A stretch of 64,000 bases of DNA from Candidatus Omnitrophota bacterium (lineage in GTDB: Bacteria; Omnitrophota; Gorgyraeia; Gygaellales; Profunditerraquicolaceae): the NCBI GenBank assembly GCA_016867115.1, contig VGKG01000001.1, positions 109,403 to 173,402 of the forward strand, in the 5' to 3' direction. The notes below the pieces were generated by a model that was given only the letters and a program-made list of their open reading frames with translations, was not told where the DNA came from and did not search any database. This document shows, one piece after another, positions 20,663 to 31,436 of the stretch. Made by a program: the position numbers and the translations under genes. Within the stretch, counting starts at the first letter, position 1. Every line of letters begins with the position of its first letter.

Positions 20663-21919
20663 TTACTGGTTCATGCTGTTCAAGAACTCCTCGTTGTTCT
20701 TTGTCTTGGACAACTTCTCGATCAAAAGCTCCATTGCCTCGACGTTGCTCAGTTCATTCAGGACCTTCCTCAGGATCCAGGTCTTCTGCAGGACGTCGGA
20801 CTTTACCAGCAGCTCTTCGTGGCGGGTATTGGAGCGCTTGATGTCGATCGCCGGGTAAATCCTGCGCTGGAAGAGGTTCCGGTCCAGCTGCAGCTCCATG
20901 TTGCCGGTGCCCTTGAACTCTTCAAAGATGACGTCATCCATGCGGCTTCCGGTCTCAACCAGGGCAGTGGCGATAATGGTAAGCGAGCCTCCTTCTTCGA
21001 TGGCCCTTGCCGCGCCGAAAAATCTCTTCGGCTTCTGCAGGGCGTTAGAATCAATACCTCCGGAGAGGACCTTGCCGCTATGCGGCATCACCGAGTTGTA
21101 GGCGCGCGCAAGGCGGGTGATGCTGTCCAGGAGCACCACCACATCCTTCTTATGCTCGATGAGGCGCTTGGCCTTCTCCAGCACGATCTCGGCTACCTGC
21201 ACGTGGCGCTCCGGCGGCTCATCAAAGGTCGATGAGATGACCTCTCCCTTCACGTGGCGCTGCATATCGGTGACCTCTTCCGGGCGCTCGTCGATCAGGA
21301 GCACGATCATGACCACATCCGGGTGATTCGAGGTGATGGCGTTGGCGATCTTCTGCAGGAGCACGGTCTTTCCGCTGTAGGGCTGGGCCACGATCATGCC
21401 GCGCTGCCCCTTGCCGATAGGCGTAAGCAGGCTCATCACGCGCATAGAGAGCTCCTCGGGCTTAGTCTCCATATTAAAGGCGTCATGCGGGTAGACCGGA
21501 GTAAGGTTGTCAAAAAGGACCTTCTCCTTGACCTCCTCGGGATTCTCGAAATTGACCGCCTCGACCTTAAGCAGCGCAAAATACTTCTCTCCCTCTTTCG
21601 GCGGCCGGATCTGGCCGCTCACCGTATCCCCTGTGCGCAGATCGAATTTCCTGATCTGCGACGGAGAGACGTAAATGTCGTCGGGGCAGGGAAGATAATT
21701 GTAGTTCGGGCTCCTCAGGAAACCGAACCCCTCGGGAAGGATCTCAAGGACACCCTCTCCGAACATCAGTCCCTCTTTTTCCGCCTGGGCCTGCAGGATC
21801 TTAAAGATCAGGTCCTGCTTTTTCAATCCGCTCATGCCGTTAACGCTCATGTCCTTGGCCAGCTTATTCAGTTCCGGCATCTTCATGTCTTTTAAAGTCT
21901 TGATTTCCAGCTTTTCCAC
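20663..21919 (-). CDS. rho: transcription termination factor Rho
   Basis: [21 protein letters not shown] and [12 protein letters not shown]. Confidence 0.97.
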   Translation of the reverse strand: MEKLEIKTLKDMKMPELNKLAKDMSVNGMSGLKKQDLIFKILQAQAEKEGLMFGEGVLEILPEGFGFLRSPNYNYLPCPDDIYVSPSQIRKFDLRTGDTVSGQIRPPKEGEKYFALLKVEAVNFENPEEVKEKVLFDNLTPVYPHDAFNMETKPEELSMRVMSLLTPIGKGQRGMIVAQPYSGKTVLLQKIANAITSNHPDVVMIVLLIDERPEEVTDMQRHVKGEVISSTFDEPPERHVQVAEIVLEKAKRLIEHKKDVVVLLDSITRLARAYNSVMPHSGKVLSGGIDSNALQKPKRFFGAARAIEEGGSLTIIATALVETGSRMDDVIFEEFKGTGNMELQLDRNLFQRRIYPAIDIKRSNTRHEELLVKSDVLQKTWILRKVLNELSNVEAMELLIEKLSKTKNNEEFLNSMNQ

Positions 21920-21920
21920 A

Positions 21921-22547
21921 CTAACCTCCCGATTGATTTTCCCGCAGGGTTTTCCATACCCGCAGTACTTGTTTCCTGGTTTTACTTAAACTCCCGTTAT
22001 TATCTATCACGAAATCCGCAAGGCGAATCTTCGTCGCAAGCGGCAACTGACACTTGATGCGGCATAGGATCTCTTCTCCTTTAAGCCCGGTCTTGATCCT
22101 CACCCTTTTGATCTGTATCGGGCGGTTTATACTGACCACGACTAATTTATCGACGTACTTTCTTAATCCTGCCTCGACCAATAGAGGCACATCCAGTACA
22201 ATAATTTTTTCCGTAGAACCGCGGATCTCCTGGCGGATCTTACGGATCACCTCAGGATGGATCATCCGGTTAAGCCGGGATAAAAGCCTCCTGTCGCAAA
22301 AGACCTTTGCAGCCAGCTTCCTGCGGTCTATGGAGCGACCCTGATTTAGAATATCCCGGCCAAAAACGCGCACTGCTTTGCGGTAGGCAGGCGCACCCCG
22401 CATAAGGCTTTCATGCGCCAGACTGTCTGCGTCGATCACCTTTGCTCCCAGGCGCTGCAGGAAGCGCGCAACGGTAGTCTTGCCGCTGCCGAAGCTTCCG
22501 GTCAAACCGAGGACTATCCGCTTATTTTTTGCCTTTTGCCTTGGCAT
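21921..22547 (-). CDS. coaE: dephospho-CoA kinase
   Basis: [16 protein letters not shown] and DVPLLVE. Confidence 0.92.
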   Translation of the reverse strand: MPRQKAKNKRIVLGLTGSFGSGKTTVARFLQRLGAKVIDADSLAHESLMRGAPAYRKAVRVFGRDILNQGRSIDRRKLAAKVFCDRRLLSRLNRMIHPEVIRKIRQEIRGSTEKIIVLDVPLLVEAGLRKYVDKLVVVSINRPIQIKRVRIKTGLKGEEILCRIKCQLPLATKIRLADFVIDNNGSLSKTRKQVLRVWKTLRENQSGG

Positions 22548-23913
22548 ACAGATTAAGGTAATGTTTGGCTGACTCTTCCCAGGAAAAATCGTATTCCATG
22601 GCTTTTTTCACTAAAGCCCCCCACTTACGCTTATCCTGATAGGCGGCGATCGACTTCTTGATCGTCTTGATCAGCTCATCTGAGCTGTACTTATCAAAGA
22701 CGAAACCGTTATTCTTATTGACCGTATCTGCCAGGCCTCCGGTCTTAAAGACAAGCGGGATCGTGCCGTATCTTAAGCTGATCAACTGTCCCAGGCCGCA
22801 GGGCTCATACTTAGAAGGCATCAGGAAGAGGTCTGAGCCGGCGTAGATCTTATGGGCGAGCGGATCGTCAAACTTCAGGGCAAGAGAGATGACATGAGGA
22901 TACTTCTTTGCCATATCCTCCATGATCAGATGATACTTAAGGTCTCCAGTGCCCAGGATCACCAGCTGCAGATCCATGTGGCAGATCTCATCGATCCCTT
23001 CGGCGAGGATGTCAAAACCCTTCTGTTCCGCAAGCCTTGAGACGATGCCGAAGAGCGGGACGTCCTTTCTCTTAGGGAGCTTGAAGATCTCTTCCAGCTC
23101 TTCGCGGCATTTGGCTTTTCCGGCAAGATTTTTCGCCGAAAAGTTCCTGGCGATGAACTTGTCCGTCTCCGGGTTCCAGATATTGTAGTCCAGGCCGTTC
23201 AGGATACCATAAACGGAATTACGCCTTTTATTCAAGACCCCTTCAAGGCCGAACCCGAATTCCCTGGTCTGGATCTCCTTGGCATAGGTGGGGCTGACCG
23301 TAGTGACTACGTCGGCAAAGACCATGCCGCCTTTGAGGATATTTATCCGGTCGTAATACTCTAATCCCTCGATATTAAAGACGCTCCAGTCAAGGCCGAG
23401 CTTCGGAAACTCACCCTTGTCAAAGAGCCCCTGATAGCCGATATTGTGGATGGTCAGGATCGTACGCGTTGCCTTATAAAAGAAATCATTGGCATAGAGA
23501 GTCTTCAGATACACCGGGACGAGGCATGCCTGCCAGTCATGCACGTGGATGATGTCCGGCTTGAAACCTATTTCCTTGAGTAGAGCAAGGGCCCGGCGGC
23601 AATAAAAAGCAAAGCGGTCCAGGTTATCCTTGTAATCCCCGGTCTTCTCGCCGTAGAGGCCGTCGCGGTTAAAATAGACGTCGTTCTCTATGAAATATAC
23701 CTTTATATCCTTGCCGATAGTGGCGTAAGATACGTCCTCCTTGAGCCGCTGGATCCTGAACTTTGAGTCAAGGATTGATTTATACTTAGGCATGATGACT
23801 ATACAATCATCCCCCCGCTCCTCAAGGGCAAGGGGTAATGCGCCGGCAACATCCGCCAAGCCGCCCGTCTTTGCAAAAGGGACCACCTCCGAAGCGCAGA
23901 CCACTATCTTCAT
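22522..23913 (-). CDS. glgA: glycogen synthase
   Basis: KTGGLADV, HVHDWQ and EPCGLGQL. Confidence 0.95.
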   Translation of the reverse strand: MKIVVCASEVVPFAKTGGLADVAGALPLALEERGDDCIVIMPKYKSILDSKFRIQRLKEDVSYATIGKDIKVYFIENDVYFNRDGLYGEKTGDYKDNLDRFAFYCRRALALLKEIGFKPDIIHVHDWQACLVPVYLKTLYANDFFYKATRTILTIHNIGYQGLFDKGEFPKLGLDWSVFNIEGLEYYDRINILKGGMVFADVVTTVSPTYAKEIQTREFGFGLEGVLNKRRNSVYGILNGLDYNIWNPETDKFIARNFSAKNLAGKAKCREELEEIFKLPKRKDVPLFGIVSRLAEQKGFDILAEGIDEICHMDLQLVILGTGDLKYHLIMEDMAKKYPHVISLALKFDDPLAHKIYAGSDLFLMPSKYEPCGLGQLISLRYGTIPLVFKTGGLADTVNKNNGFVFDKYSSDELIKTIKKSIAAYQDKRKWGALVKKAMEYDFSWEESAKHYLNLYAKAKGKK

Positions 23914-26441
23914 TTTACCTCCTCCATTTCCAGCCAGTTCTTCCCCTTTTTGATCTCTACCTTCACCGGTACCGCAAGTTTCAAGACATTCTCCATCCGT
24001 TCCCTGATAAATACCACCGCCTCCCGCAGTTCCTCCTTCGGCGCGTCAAAGAGAAGCTCATCGTGGATCTGCAGGACCATTTGAGCTCTAAGCCCCTTTT
24101 CTCTTATGCCCCTCTGGATCTGGACCATAGCCAGTTTGATCAGATCCGCAGCCGTGCCCTGGATAGGCGTATTTACCGCCTGGCGTTCGGCAAACTGGCG
24201 CAGGGCCTGGCTCTTTTCGTTGATCTGGGGGATGTATCTTCTCCTGCCCAGAAGCGTAGTGACAAACATCTGCTTGCGGCAAAGCTTTATCTGGCCCTCA
24301 ATATAATCTTTGACCTTCGGATAGCGCAGGAAATAGGCGTCAATAAAACGCTCTGCTTCATCCACAGAGATCCCCAAGTCGCGGCTCAGACCGTAAGAGG
24401 TGAGGCCGTAGATGATGCCGAAGTTGACCCGCTTAGCTGTCTCGCGCATGGGGTCGCTAACTTCTTTTTCTTCTACGCCGTAGATCAGCGCGGCCGTGGC
24501 CTTATGGATATCCTTATCCTGCTTAAAGGCCCGGATCAGGTCTTCGTCGGAAGAAAGGTGCGCCAGGATCCTCAATTCTATCTGCGAATAATCGCAGGAT
24601 AAAAGATAATTGTCTTTTTCCGAGGCGATGATCGAACGGCGGATCTGCCCGCCGATCTCGGTCTTTACCGGGATATTCTGCAGGTTCGGGTTGCTGGAAC
24701 TGAGGCGCCCGGTCTCGGTGCCAGTCTGGTTAAAAGAAGTATGCAGCCGGCCGGTTTTATCCGTCATCTCAGGCAGGGTGTCGACATAGGTGTTTTTCAG
24801 TTTAGTCAGCTGGCGGTACTCAAGCAGGACCCCGGGCAACTTGTGCTTCGCAGCCAAAGCCTTTAAGACTTCCTCGTCGGTAGAGGGACCGGTCTTGGTC
24901 CTTTTTACCACCGGCAATTTTAATTTTTCAAAGAGGATATCCCGCAGCTGTTTGGGAGAATTGATGTTGAACTGCGTACCGCTTAAGCCGTAGATCTCAT
25001 CGATCAATTCGATCAGGCGCTTTTCGATCGTGGTGCTTATTTTTTTCAGGAGGTCATGGTCCAGCTTGATGCCGTTTAATTCCATCTCAGCCAGGACTTC
25101 AACCAGCGGCATCTCAAGGTCCCGGAAAAGGCCGGAGAGCTCCTTTTCTTTGAGTTCTTTTTCCAGCTTCGGCTTAAGCTTACGGATGAACCCGAGCGCT
25201 GATTCCTGATGCGCGCCCTTTAAACCTGCCGGCTCGCCCAGATGCTCCCAGGATACGTCATCCAGCCCGTATCCGGACTTGGACGGATCCAGAAGATAGG
25301 CGGCGATCATGGTATCAAAATAAAGGCCGGCTAAGGCCAGCCCTTCTGCGGCCAGCGCTACTTTAGCCTTCTTCAGGTCGTGGCTTATTTTTCTGATCCC
25401 TTCGTCTTCCAGTATTTTTTTAAGAGCGGCTCCCTTGGCCGGGACAAAAAGCCTGTCCTTCAGGGAGAAGATCAGCTTTCCGGAATCGTCGACATAAAGA
25501 TAGAGTTCTTCGCCCGAAGCAATCTCTTTTTCAAGGTCCTTGCCTGAGATCTCTTCGCCTTGGGAGACAGGACTTGCCTCCTCAGGCTGCTGTAGCCCTT
25601 TTAAGAGTTTCTTAAACTCTAAGCGTTTAAAGAGCCGGTATAATTCCGCGGTATCGGGCTCGCCGAGCTTGAGGCTCTCCGGTTCAAAATCTATATCCAC
25701 CTTCGTATCCAGCCTCACCAGCTCCCTGTTCAGTTCCAGCTGTTTTAGATTCTCCCGGATGGATTTCTTTACTTTTTCGCTCTTTATCTGGCCAAGGTTC
25801 TCAAGGAGGTTATCAAGCGACCCGAACTCCTGAATCAGGCTAGTGGCAGTCTTCTCGCCTATTCCGGGGATGCCGGGGATATTATCCGCGCTGTCGCCCA
25901 TCAGGGCGATGATATCCGCGATGCGCTCAGGCTCCACTCCGAAACGCTCCCTGACCTTACGGGCGTCGTAGAGAACGCCCTCATCTTTGTAGGGGCTGAA
26001 GACCTGGGTATTATCGTCCACCACCTGCAGAATATCCTTATCAGAGCTGACGATCACCGTAGGAAACCCCGCCTTTTTGGCTTTTTCAGACAGGGTGGCG
26101 ATGACATCATCCGCCTCAAACCCCTCTTTTTCAAATAAGGCGATGCCGTAGGCCCGGATCAGCTCTTTGACCAGGGGGAACTGGCTGGTTAATCCTTCGG
26201 GGGTCGGGGGCCTCTGGATCTTGTATTCGGCGAACCTTTTAGCCCGGAAGGTATCCCGGGAGACGTCAAAACAGACCGCAAGATAACCGGGTTTCCTGTC
26301 TTTGAGGATCTTGTTCAGGATATTGATAAATCCGAATACCGCGTTTGTCGGCTGTCCGGATGAAGTGGTTAAAGGGGGTAGTGCGAAAAAGGCGCGGTAA
26401 CAGAAGCCAGTGGCATCTATAAGGTAAAGCTCTTTGCTCAT
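23910..26441 (-). CDS. polA: DNA polymerase I
   Basis: 5'-3' exonuclease domain (EADDVI, GDSADNIPG) and polymerase motifs DYSQIELR, AKRVNFGIIYG and QIHDEL. Confidence 0.97.
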   Translation of the reverse strand: MSKELYLIDATGFCYRAFFALPPLTTSSGQPTNAVFGFINILNKILKDRKPGYLAVCFDVSRDTFRAKRFAEYKIQRPPTPEGLTSQFPLVKELIRAYGIALFEKEGFEADDVIATLSEKAKKAGFPTVIVSSDKDILQVVDDNTQVFSPYKDEGVLYDARKVRERFGVEPERIADIIALMGDSADNIPGIPGIGEKTATSLIQEFGSLDNLLENLGQIKSEKVKKSIRENLKQLELNRELVRLDTKVDIDFEPESLKLGEPDTAELYRLFKRLEFKKLLKGLQQPEEASPVSQGEEISGKDLEKEIASGEELYLYVDDSGKLIFSLKDRLFVPAKGAALKKILEDEGIRKISHDLKKAKVALAAEGLALAGLYFDTMIAAYLLDPSKSGYGLDDVSWEHLGEPAGLKGAHQESALGFIRKLKPKLEKELKEKELSGLFRDLEMPLVEVLAEMELNGIKLDHDLLKKISTTIEKRLIELIDEIYGLSGTQFNINSPKQLRDILFEKLKLPVVKRTKTGPSTDEEVLKALAAKHKLPGVLLEYRQLTKLKNTYVDTLPEMTDKTGRLHTSFNQTGTETGRLSSSNPNLQNIPVKTEIGGQIRRSIIASEKDNYLLSCDYSQIELRILAHLSSDEDLIRAFKQDKDIHKATAALIYGVEEKEVSDPMRETAKRVNFGIIYGLTSYGLSRDLGISVDEAERFIDAYFLRYPKVKDYIEGQIKLCRKQMFVTTLLGRRRYIPQINEKSQALRQFAERQAVNTPIQGTAADLIKLAMVQIQRGIREKGLRAQMVLQIHDELLFDAPKEELREAVVFIRERMENVLKLAVPVKVEIKKGKNWLEMEEVK

Positions 26442-26492
26442 TAAAATTGGTACATGGAATTATTGTGGAGAGGATTTGGGTCTAGCGGCTGT

Positions 26493-27434
26493 CTATCTAG
26501 ATAATACTCTTGTCTGGAGTTTACGGATGAATAAGTCAATATCGTTGTTAGTGGGGTCAAGCTGCTGGGCATCGATCGCCAGCTTCAGTGCGGTGACTTC
26601 GTCTCCCTTTTTATAAAGGAGCCTTGCCTTGTCAAACACCTCGCGGGCCTGCGCTTTGTTGGATTTTTTGGTGAGTTCCTTCTTTACGGCTACTTCCTTC
26701 AGTAACCGCATGACCTCCTGCTCCCTGGCCTCTTCCATGGGCCTGACGGTAATGACTGCGCTGATATCTTCCATCCGCTGCCTGGCCTTGAGCGTCCAGG
26801 GGTCGTCGGGTATGCCTAATTCCGCTCTCTTCTTCCAGTAATTATAGGCCTTATCCAGGTCACGCTTACCTTCATATAACAGGGCAAGGTTAGTATAAGC
26901 GCTCATGTAATCCGGGTCGATCTTCAGGGACTTCAGGTAGCATTCTTCCGCGCGGCTGACCATGCCCCTGGACTCAAGGATCACGCCCAAGTCGTTGTAG
27001 ACTACCGCGTAACCCGGGTCCAGGACGATCGCCTTCTGATAAAGCTTCATCGCTGAATCCAGATCGCCCATATTCTGGAACTCCAGCCCCTGCTGGCGGT
27101 ACTGGCGGGCCTCTTTCTGCAATTCCGTAAGGTCCTCTTCCCTTTCCGCGGGCCGGACAATATCCTTCAGATTTATCCTGGGCTTCTCGGCCGGCTCGAC
27201 GGCTGAGACTCCTGCCGAGGTCTCCTGCCAGGGTATCACTTCGCTCTCAGTCGGCGTATCCAAAGAGCTCTTACCGAAGTAGACTGTCCCTTTTTTATTT
27301 TCCGGAATGCGCCTCATGCCGACATAACCCTGGTTCTGTTCCAAATCTTGGGCAAAGACAAAAGAACCGAAGGAAGAGACGATTATTGCGGCGATAACAC
27401 TTGTGGTAAGTTCTTGGCGGGATTTGATTTTCAT
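26493..27434 (-). CDS. exported tetratricopeptide-repeat protein
   Basis: Signal peptide ending VFA; TPR-like units such as YNDLGVIL...AEECYLKSLKIDP. Confidence 0.75.
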   Translation of the reverse strand: MKIKSRQELTTSVIAAIIVSSFGSFVFAQDLEQNQGYVGMRRIPENKKGTVYFGKSSLDTPTESEVIPWQETSAGVSAVEPAEKPRINLKDIVRPAEREEDLTELQKEARQYRQQGLEFQNMGDLDSAMKLYQKAIVLDPGYAVVYNDLGVILESRGMVSRAEECYLKSLKIDPDYMSAYTNLALLYEGKRDLDKAYNYWKKRAELGIPDDPWTLKARQRMEDISAVITVRPMEEAREQEVMRLLKEVAVKKELTKKSNKAQAREVFDKARLLYKKGDEVTALKLAIDAQQLDPTNNDIDLFIRKLQTRVLSR

Positions 27435-27445
27435 TGGTTTAAGTT

Positions 27446-27473
27446 ATTATACAATTTAAATATTTTCTGTCAA
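27446..27473 (-). promoter_or_regulatory. consensus sigma70 promoter upstream of the TPR gene
   Basis: Minus strand TTGACA-16 nt-TATAAT. Confidence 0.8.
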
Positions 27474-27484
27474 GAAAAAAAATA

Positions 27485-29665
27485 TTAAATCATCGGGTCC
27501 ATGGAAAGCGCAGGATGGCCGACTTTGGTAAGGTGCGCTATCAATTCTTCGGAAGTAGTGGCTATTGTCTCATCCGCGATTATTTGCGCAAGGTCCGGCT
27601 CGCCGATCTCCCTGCAGCGCTCGATCAGCCGCTCTCCCAGCAGCTCTTTCAATTCCTTGGGCATCCAGATCAGGCGCTTGAGCCCGCCCTCTGCTAGGAT
27701 GAACTTTTTGCTGAGGATATAGAGCTTGCCTACGCCGAGGAACCCCGGGGTCTGCACCCCGCCGCCGACTGAACCGGCGAGGGTCGTAAAGGTCATGCCT
27801 GAAGGGGTCATGCCGGAATAATCCCGGTGCACGACCATCACGCCGTTAGCTTCAGGAACCACCGCCACGATACATTCAAAACAGCCGCAGGAAGACTGCG
27901 GAGAATCCATCAGCGAATACATGCTCACCTTGTCGATAGTCTTATTGGATTTGGCAAAGACAAAATCATTGACGCTCTGCCACTGGCCGAGCCTCCCGTC
28001 CAGGATCGCGCTCTTTTTGATCGGCTGATTCGGGCCCGTAGGCGTGATCTCGAATGAGGCCTTGGCATCCAGCCAGGAATAGGCGCCGCAGAGCCCCAGG
28101 CGTTCCGGAGTGACCACGCAGACGTGATTCGGGGCAAAAGACTGGCACAATAAACAGGAATAATAGGTATCCACGCTCTCATCGGTCATCCCTAAGAGCC
28201 GCTCATCGCGTTCAGTGAAGACTCCCGTCGCTTCTTTTAAGAGCCTCTCCACATCCTCATCCCGCGTATAAAGTTTCACCTGCACCTTATCCACGATCGC
28301 GCTATACTCCTGATGCAGCATGGCATGAATGACGGTGCCGATATGTTTAAGCCGGAAGCCTTTATCAAAGGCGTCGTTACTGATACGGATCCAGTTCATG
28401 TCGCGCTGGCCCACATGCATCAGGCCCATGGCATAGTTAACAAAGCGGTGGATCTGGCGCTCCAGGATCGGCTCAAAATCCTTCTGCATCTTGCGTCCGT
28501 AAACCTCGACGATGATCGCTAAGGGCATGGACCTTGTCCCTGCCTTGAGGGTATCGATGTCGCTTCCTATCAGCTCAATTTTTCCGTCCTCGACTTCCGC
28601 CTCGGTTTTTGCGCTTAAGAATTCGAAGGCGGTTGAAGCCTTACCCCCGAATTCCACATGCAACTGTTCTCTGCGTACGCGCTCTCCCTCAAAGGCTGCG
28701 GCATAAGGCACAGGCACATCTACTTCCGCCACCTTTACCTTGATCCCGCGCGTCAAGATGCATTTTGAGGCGAGCTTCTTATAATCGCTCTCTGTGACCA
28801 GGGCCTCATACAGGGTCGTCTCGATCTTGCCTAGTTGCGGCACATCCAGGTCAGTGATGATCGGCAGGCCAAAGGCTAATACGCCGAGGCCTGTGGCTAC
28901 GATCACCTCGTCTACATGGCCAAGGAGCAGGACAAAAGCCGGAACGCGGTTCTTGATGTACTCGGCGATCCCCTGCCACTGCCCGGGTTTGAATCCGCCG
29001 TAGATGAGCGGCGCTCTCACCGCAAAGTTCACCGCATAAATCGCCGACAGATAATCACTGCCCAAAGGAACGATGTAGTTCTCAAGGCCGAGTTCCACTC
29101 CCTTTTCTTCCAGCTGCTTGGCGAAGGTGTTGCCGTTTATGTTTCCGGCAAGGAGGCTGACAATACCTTTGGACTGAAAATTACGGATGAGCCCTGCTGC
29201 AGAGTCCACATCCTTTGCCGGGCCGAGGATTACCGCGATTCCGGCGATGCGGCCGTCCACCAGCTGCAGGCCAAGGGAACGCAGGATCTTATCCGGGATA
29301 AAACCGATGCCGCCTTGCGGATGCTTTGCCTCCATGGTCAGAAGCGCTGCCAGGATCTCTTCGGAAAGAAGTGTGGCTATACCTTTATTGAATATCCCGC
29401 CCATGATGCTTAAGGCCAGGGTGCTTTTGGTGGCAATGCCCTGGCTCAGGCCTTCGATCTCGCTAAAGGCGCGCTGGCAGTCATTCAGGGTCTTTACTTC
29501 AAGATTCAAGAGCGCATTGACCAACGGCAGGTAATAATTTGTCTCGGGAAAACTGATTGATGCATCCTTGCCTTTTTTCTTAATGGCATCAGTAAGCGCG
29601 TTACGCGTAAGGTCTAATACCGCATCCGTTCCCTTGGTCCCTAATTGCACTAAGACGTCGGACAT
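27485..29665 (-). CDS. acsB: acetyl-CoA synthase (CODH/ACS complex ACS subunit, bacterial type)
   Basis: FPETNYYLP, DFEPILERQIH and A-cluster cysteines in CLLCQSFAPNHVC...LCGA and CGCFEC. Confidence 0.93.
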   Translation of the reverse strand: MSDVLVQLGTKGTDAVLDLTRNALTDAIKKKGKDASISFPETNYYLPLVNALLNLEVKTLNDCQRAFSEIEGLSQGIATKSTLALSIMGGIFNKGIATLLSEEILAALLTMEAKHPQGGIGFIPDKILRSLGLQLVDGRIAGIAVILGPAKDVDSAAGLIRNFQSKGIVSLLAGNINGNTFAKQLEEKGVELGLENYIVPLGSDYLSAIYAVNFAVRAPLIYGGFKPGQWQGIAEYIKNRVPAFVLLLGHVDEVIVATGLGVLAFGLPIITDLDVPQLGKIETTLYEALVTESDYKKLASKCILTRGIKVKVAEVDVPVPYAAAFEGERVRREQLHVEFGGKASTAFEFLSAKTEAEVEDGKIELIGSDIDTLKAGTRSMPLAIIVEVYGRKMQKDFEPILERQIHRFVNYAMGLMHVGQRDMNWIRISNDAFDKGFRLKHIGTVIHAMLHQEYSAIVDKVQVKLYTRDEDVERLLKEATGVFTERDERLLGMTDESVDTYYSCLLCQSFAPNHVCVVTPERLGLCGAYSWLDAKASFEITPTGPNQPIKKSAILDGRLGQWQSVNDFVFAKSNKTIDKVSMYSLMDSPQSSCGCFECIVAVVPEANGVMVVHRDYSGMTPSGMTFTTLAGSVGGGVQTPGFLGVGKLYILSKKFILAEGGLKRLIWMPKELKELLGERLIERCREIGEPDLAQIIADETIATTSEELIAHLTKVGHPALSMDPMI

Positions 29666-30564
29666 GTGAGTATTCTCCCCTCTAAAGATTCGTTTAAGTT
29701 TTTGGCCACGATGATCCCCTCTGACTGGGCATCCAGCCAGGATTTCTCCTGCGCGGGATTACCCTCCCGCTGACAGACACTGCCGCAGGCGAAGATATTC
29801 TCTAAATCAGTCCGGAAGCATTCATCCACTGTAATAAAACCGTTCTGCGTCCTGATCCCGGTATCTTTCAGAAAATCCGTCGAAGGCTGATAGCTGCCGG
29901 TAAAAATGACCATGTCCGTGCCGATGGCCTTGCCGTTGCTGAGCTTTACTGCCTTAAGCTCAGAGCCTTCTCCGATGATCTCGGACATCTGGGCGTCGTT
30001 GATCCACTCGACAGCTTCAGAAGGCGTAAATCCTTCCGGGGCCGGGGCGCTGATGACCTTGGTGTGCTTGGACTTTTGAGCGAAGACCTCGGAGAGCTTC
30101 AGGGAGACCAGCGGGTCGGAAGTGACGGTGACGGTATCGGCAAACGCCAGGCGCTCCCTGATCTTTCTGGCATCCTCGAGGGTGTAAAAAGAAAAAACTC
30201 CCTCCTTGGCCGTGCCGGGAATATCCGGAAGTACGCTGCGCTTTCCCGAAGCGATCACCAGATACTCGTAATTTATGCGGTTATTGTCTTTCAGGATGAC
30301 AGCCTGCTTCCTGGTGTTGATACCGGTCACCCTGCTTGCCTTAAGCAGCCGGAGATTGGGAGAGCCGTAAAAATCTTCCGCCGCAAGCAGGATCTCTTTT
30401 TCGCTCAGTTTCCCGGAAATAAAATCATAAAGGAGATTGGCGTCGTAGGCGAACGCATCCTCCTGCGTAATCACGGTGATCTCGTCAAGTGGGGCGAAAC
30501 TGAGAAGCGCGTAACAGCAGGAGAATCCTGCCGCGGAATTACCGATAATGACGATTTTAGACAT
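29650..30564 (-). CDS. FAD-dependent oxidoreductase (Pyr_redox_2 / NirB-like N-terminal fold)
   Basis: IVIIGNSAAG, YEYLVIASG and T..ENIFACG; the second dinucleotide motif is degenerate. Confidence 0.75.
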   Translation of the reverse strand: MSKIVIIGNSAAGFSCCYALLSFAPLDEITVITQEDAFAYDANLLYDFISGKLSEKEILLAAEDFYGSPNLRLLKASRVTGINTRKQAVILKDNNRINYEYLVIASGKRSVLPDIPGTAKEGVFSFYTLEDARKIRERLAFADTVTVTSDPLVSLKLSEVFAQKSKHTKVISAPAPEGFTPSEAVEWINDAQMSEIIGEGSELKAVKLSNGKAIGTDMVIFTGSYQPSTDFLKDTGIRTQNGFITVDECFRTDLENIFACGSVCQREGNPAQEKSWLDAQSEGIIVAKNLNESLEGRILTCPTS

Positions 30565-30565
30565 A

Positions 30566-31435
30566 CTATAATCCTGAGGCGTCCAGAACTTTGGGCACGA
30601 CTTTATCCCAGCCGATAGGCATGATATGGATCCCCTGGCACATAGGTATTAACTCTTTGATCAGGCAGCTGGCTATCTCAACGGACCTGGCGACCTTATC
30701 CTTAGTCTCTTCCATCTCCTTGATCAGGTCATCCGGCACAGAGACTCCGGCGACATTCTTATTCATAAAACGGGCCATGCCTGCGGATTTTAAAAGCACG
30801 ATCCCTGCCATCACCGGGACCTTGAGGTGCTTTATTTTATTTAAGAAGCTCTCAAAGACCCTGACGTCGTAGACTGCCTGGGTCTGAAAAAACTCAGCGC
30901 CCGCGGCGACCTTCTTCTCCATCTTGATGATCTGCGGCTCTAAGGGGTCTGCGCCGGGGTTTACCACTGCTCCCAGGCAGAACTTCGGAGGAGCACCTTC
31001 CAGTTTATTGCCCTTCATATCTACGCCCTGCTGCAGGGAGCCGGCGACTTTTAATAACTGCACTGAATCCAGGTCAAATACCGGTTTTGCTTCGGGATGG
31101 TCCCCTAAAGTGGGATAATCTCCGGTGAGGATCAGGACATTCTCAATGCCTAAAGCCGCGGCAGAAAGCAGGTCTGACTGCAGCGCCAGGCGGTTGCGGT
31201 CTCGGCAGGTCACCTGGAATACCGGCTCAAAACCGTTCTGCTTTAATAGACTGCAGACGGCCAAAGAGCCCAGGCGCATCACCGAGCTCTGTAAGTCCGT
31301 GACATTGATCGCATCCACCCGGCCGCGGATCAACTCCGCATCTTCCAGGAGCTTCTTGGTCTCAATGCCCTTGGGCGGGCCGATCTCGGAAGTGACCAGG
31401 AACTTACCGGCCTGAATCTTTTCTTTAAAGGTCAT
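30566..31435 (-). CDS. metF: methylenetetrahydrofolate reductase
   Basis: EIGPPKG, INVTD, CRDRNRLALQSDL, LTGD and FFQTQ. Confidence 0.9.
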   Translation of the reverse strand: MTFKEKIQAGKFLVTSEIGPPKGIETKKLLEDAELIRGRVDAINVTDLQSSVMRLGSLAVCSLLKQNGFEPVFQVTCRDRNRLALQSDLLSAAALGIENVLILTGDYPTLGDHPEAKPVFDLDSVQLLKVAGSLQQGVDMKGNKLEGAPPKFCLGAVVNPGADPLEPQIIKMEKKVAAGAEFFQTQAVYDVRVFESFLNKIKHLKVPVMAGIVLLKSAGMARFMNKNVAGVSVPDDLIKEMEETKDKVARSVEIASCLIKELIPMCQGIHIMPIGWDKVVPKVLDASGL

Positions 31436-31436
31436 T

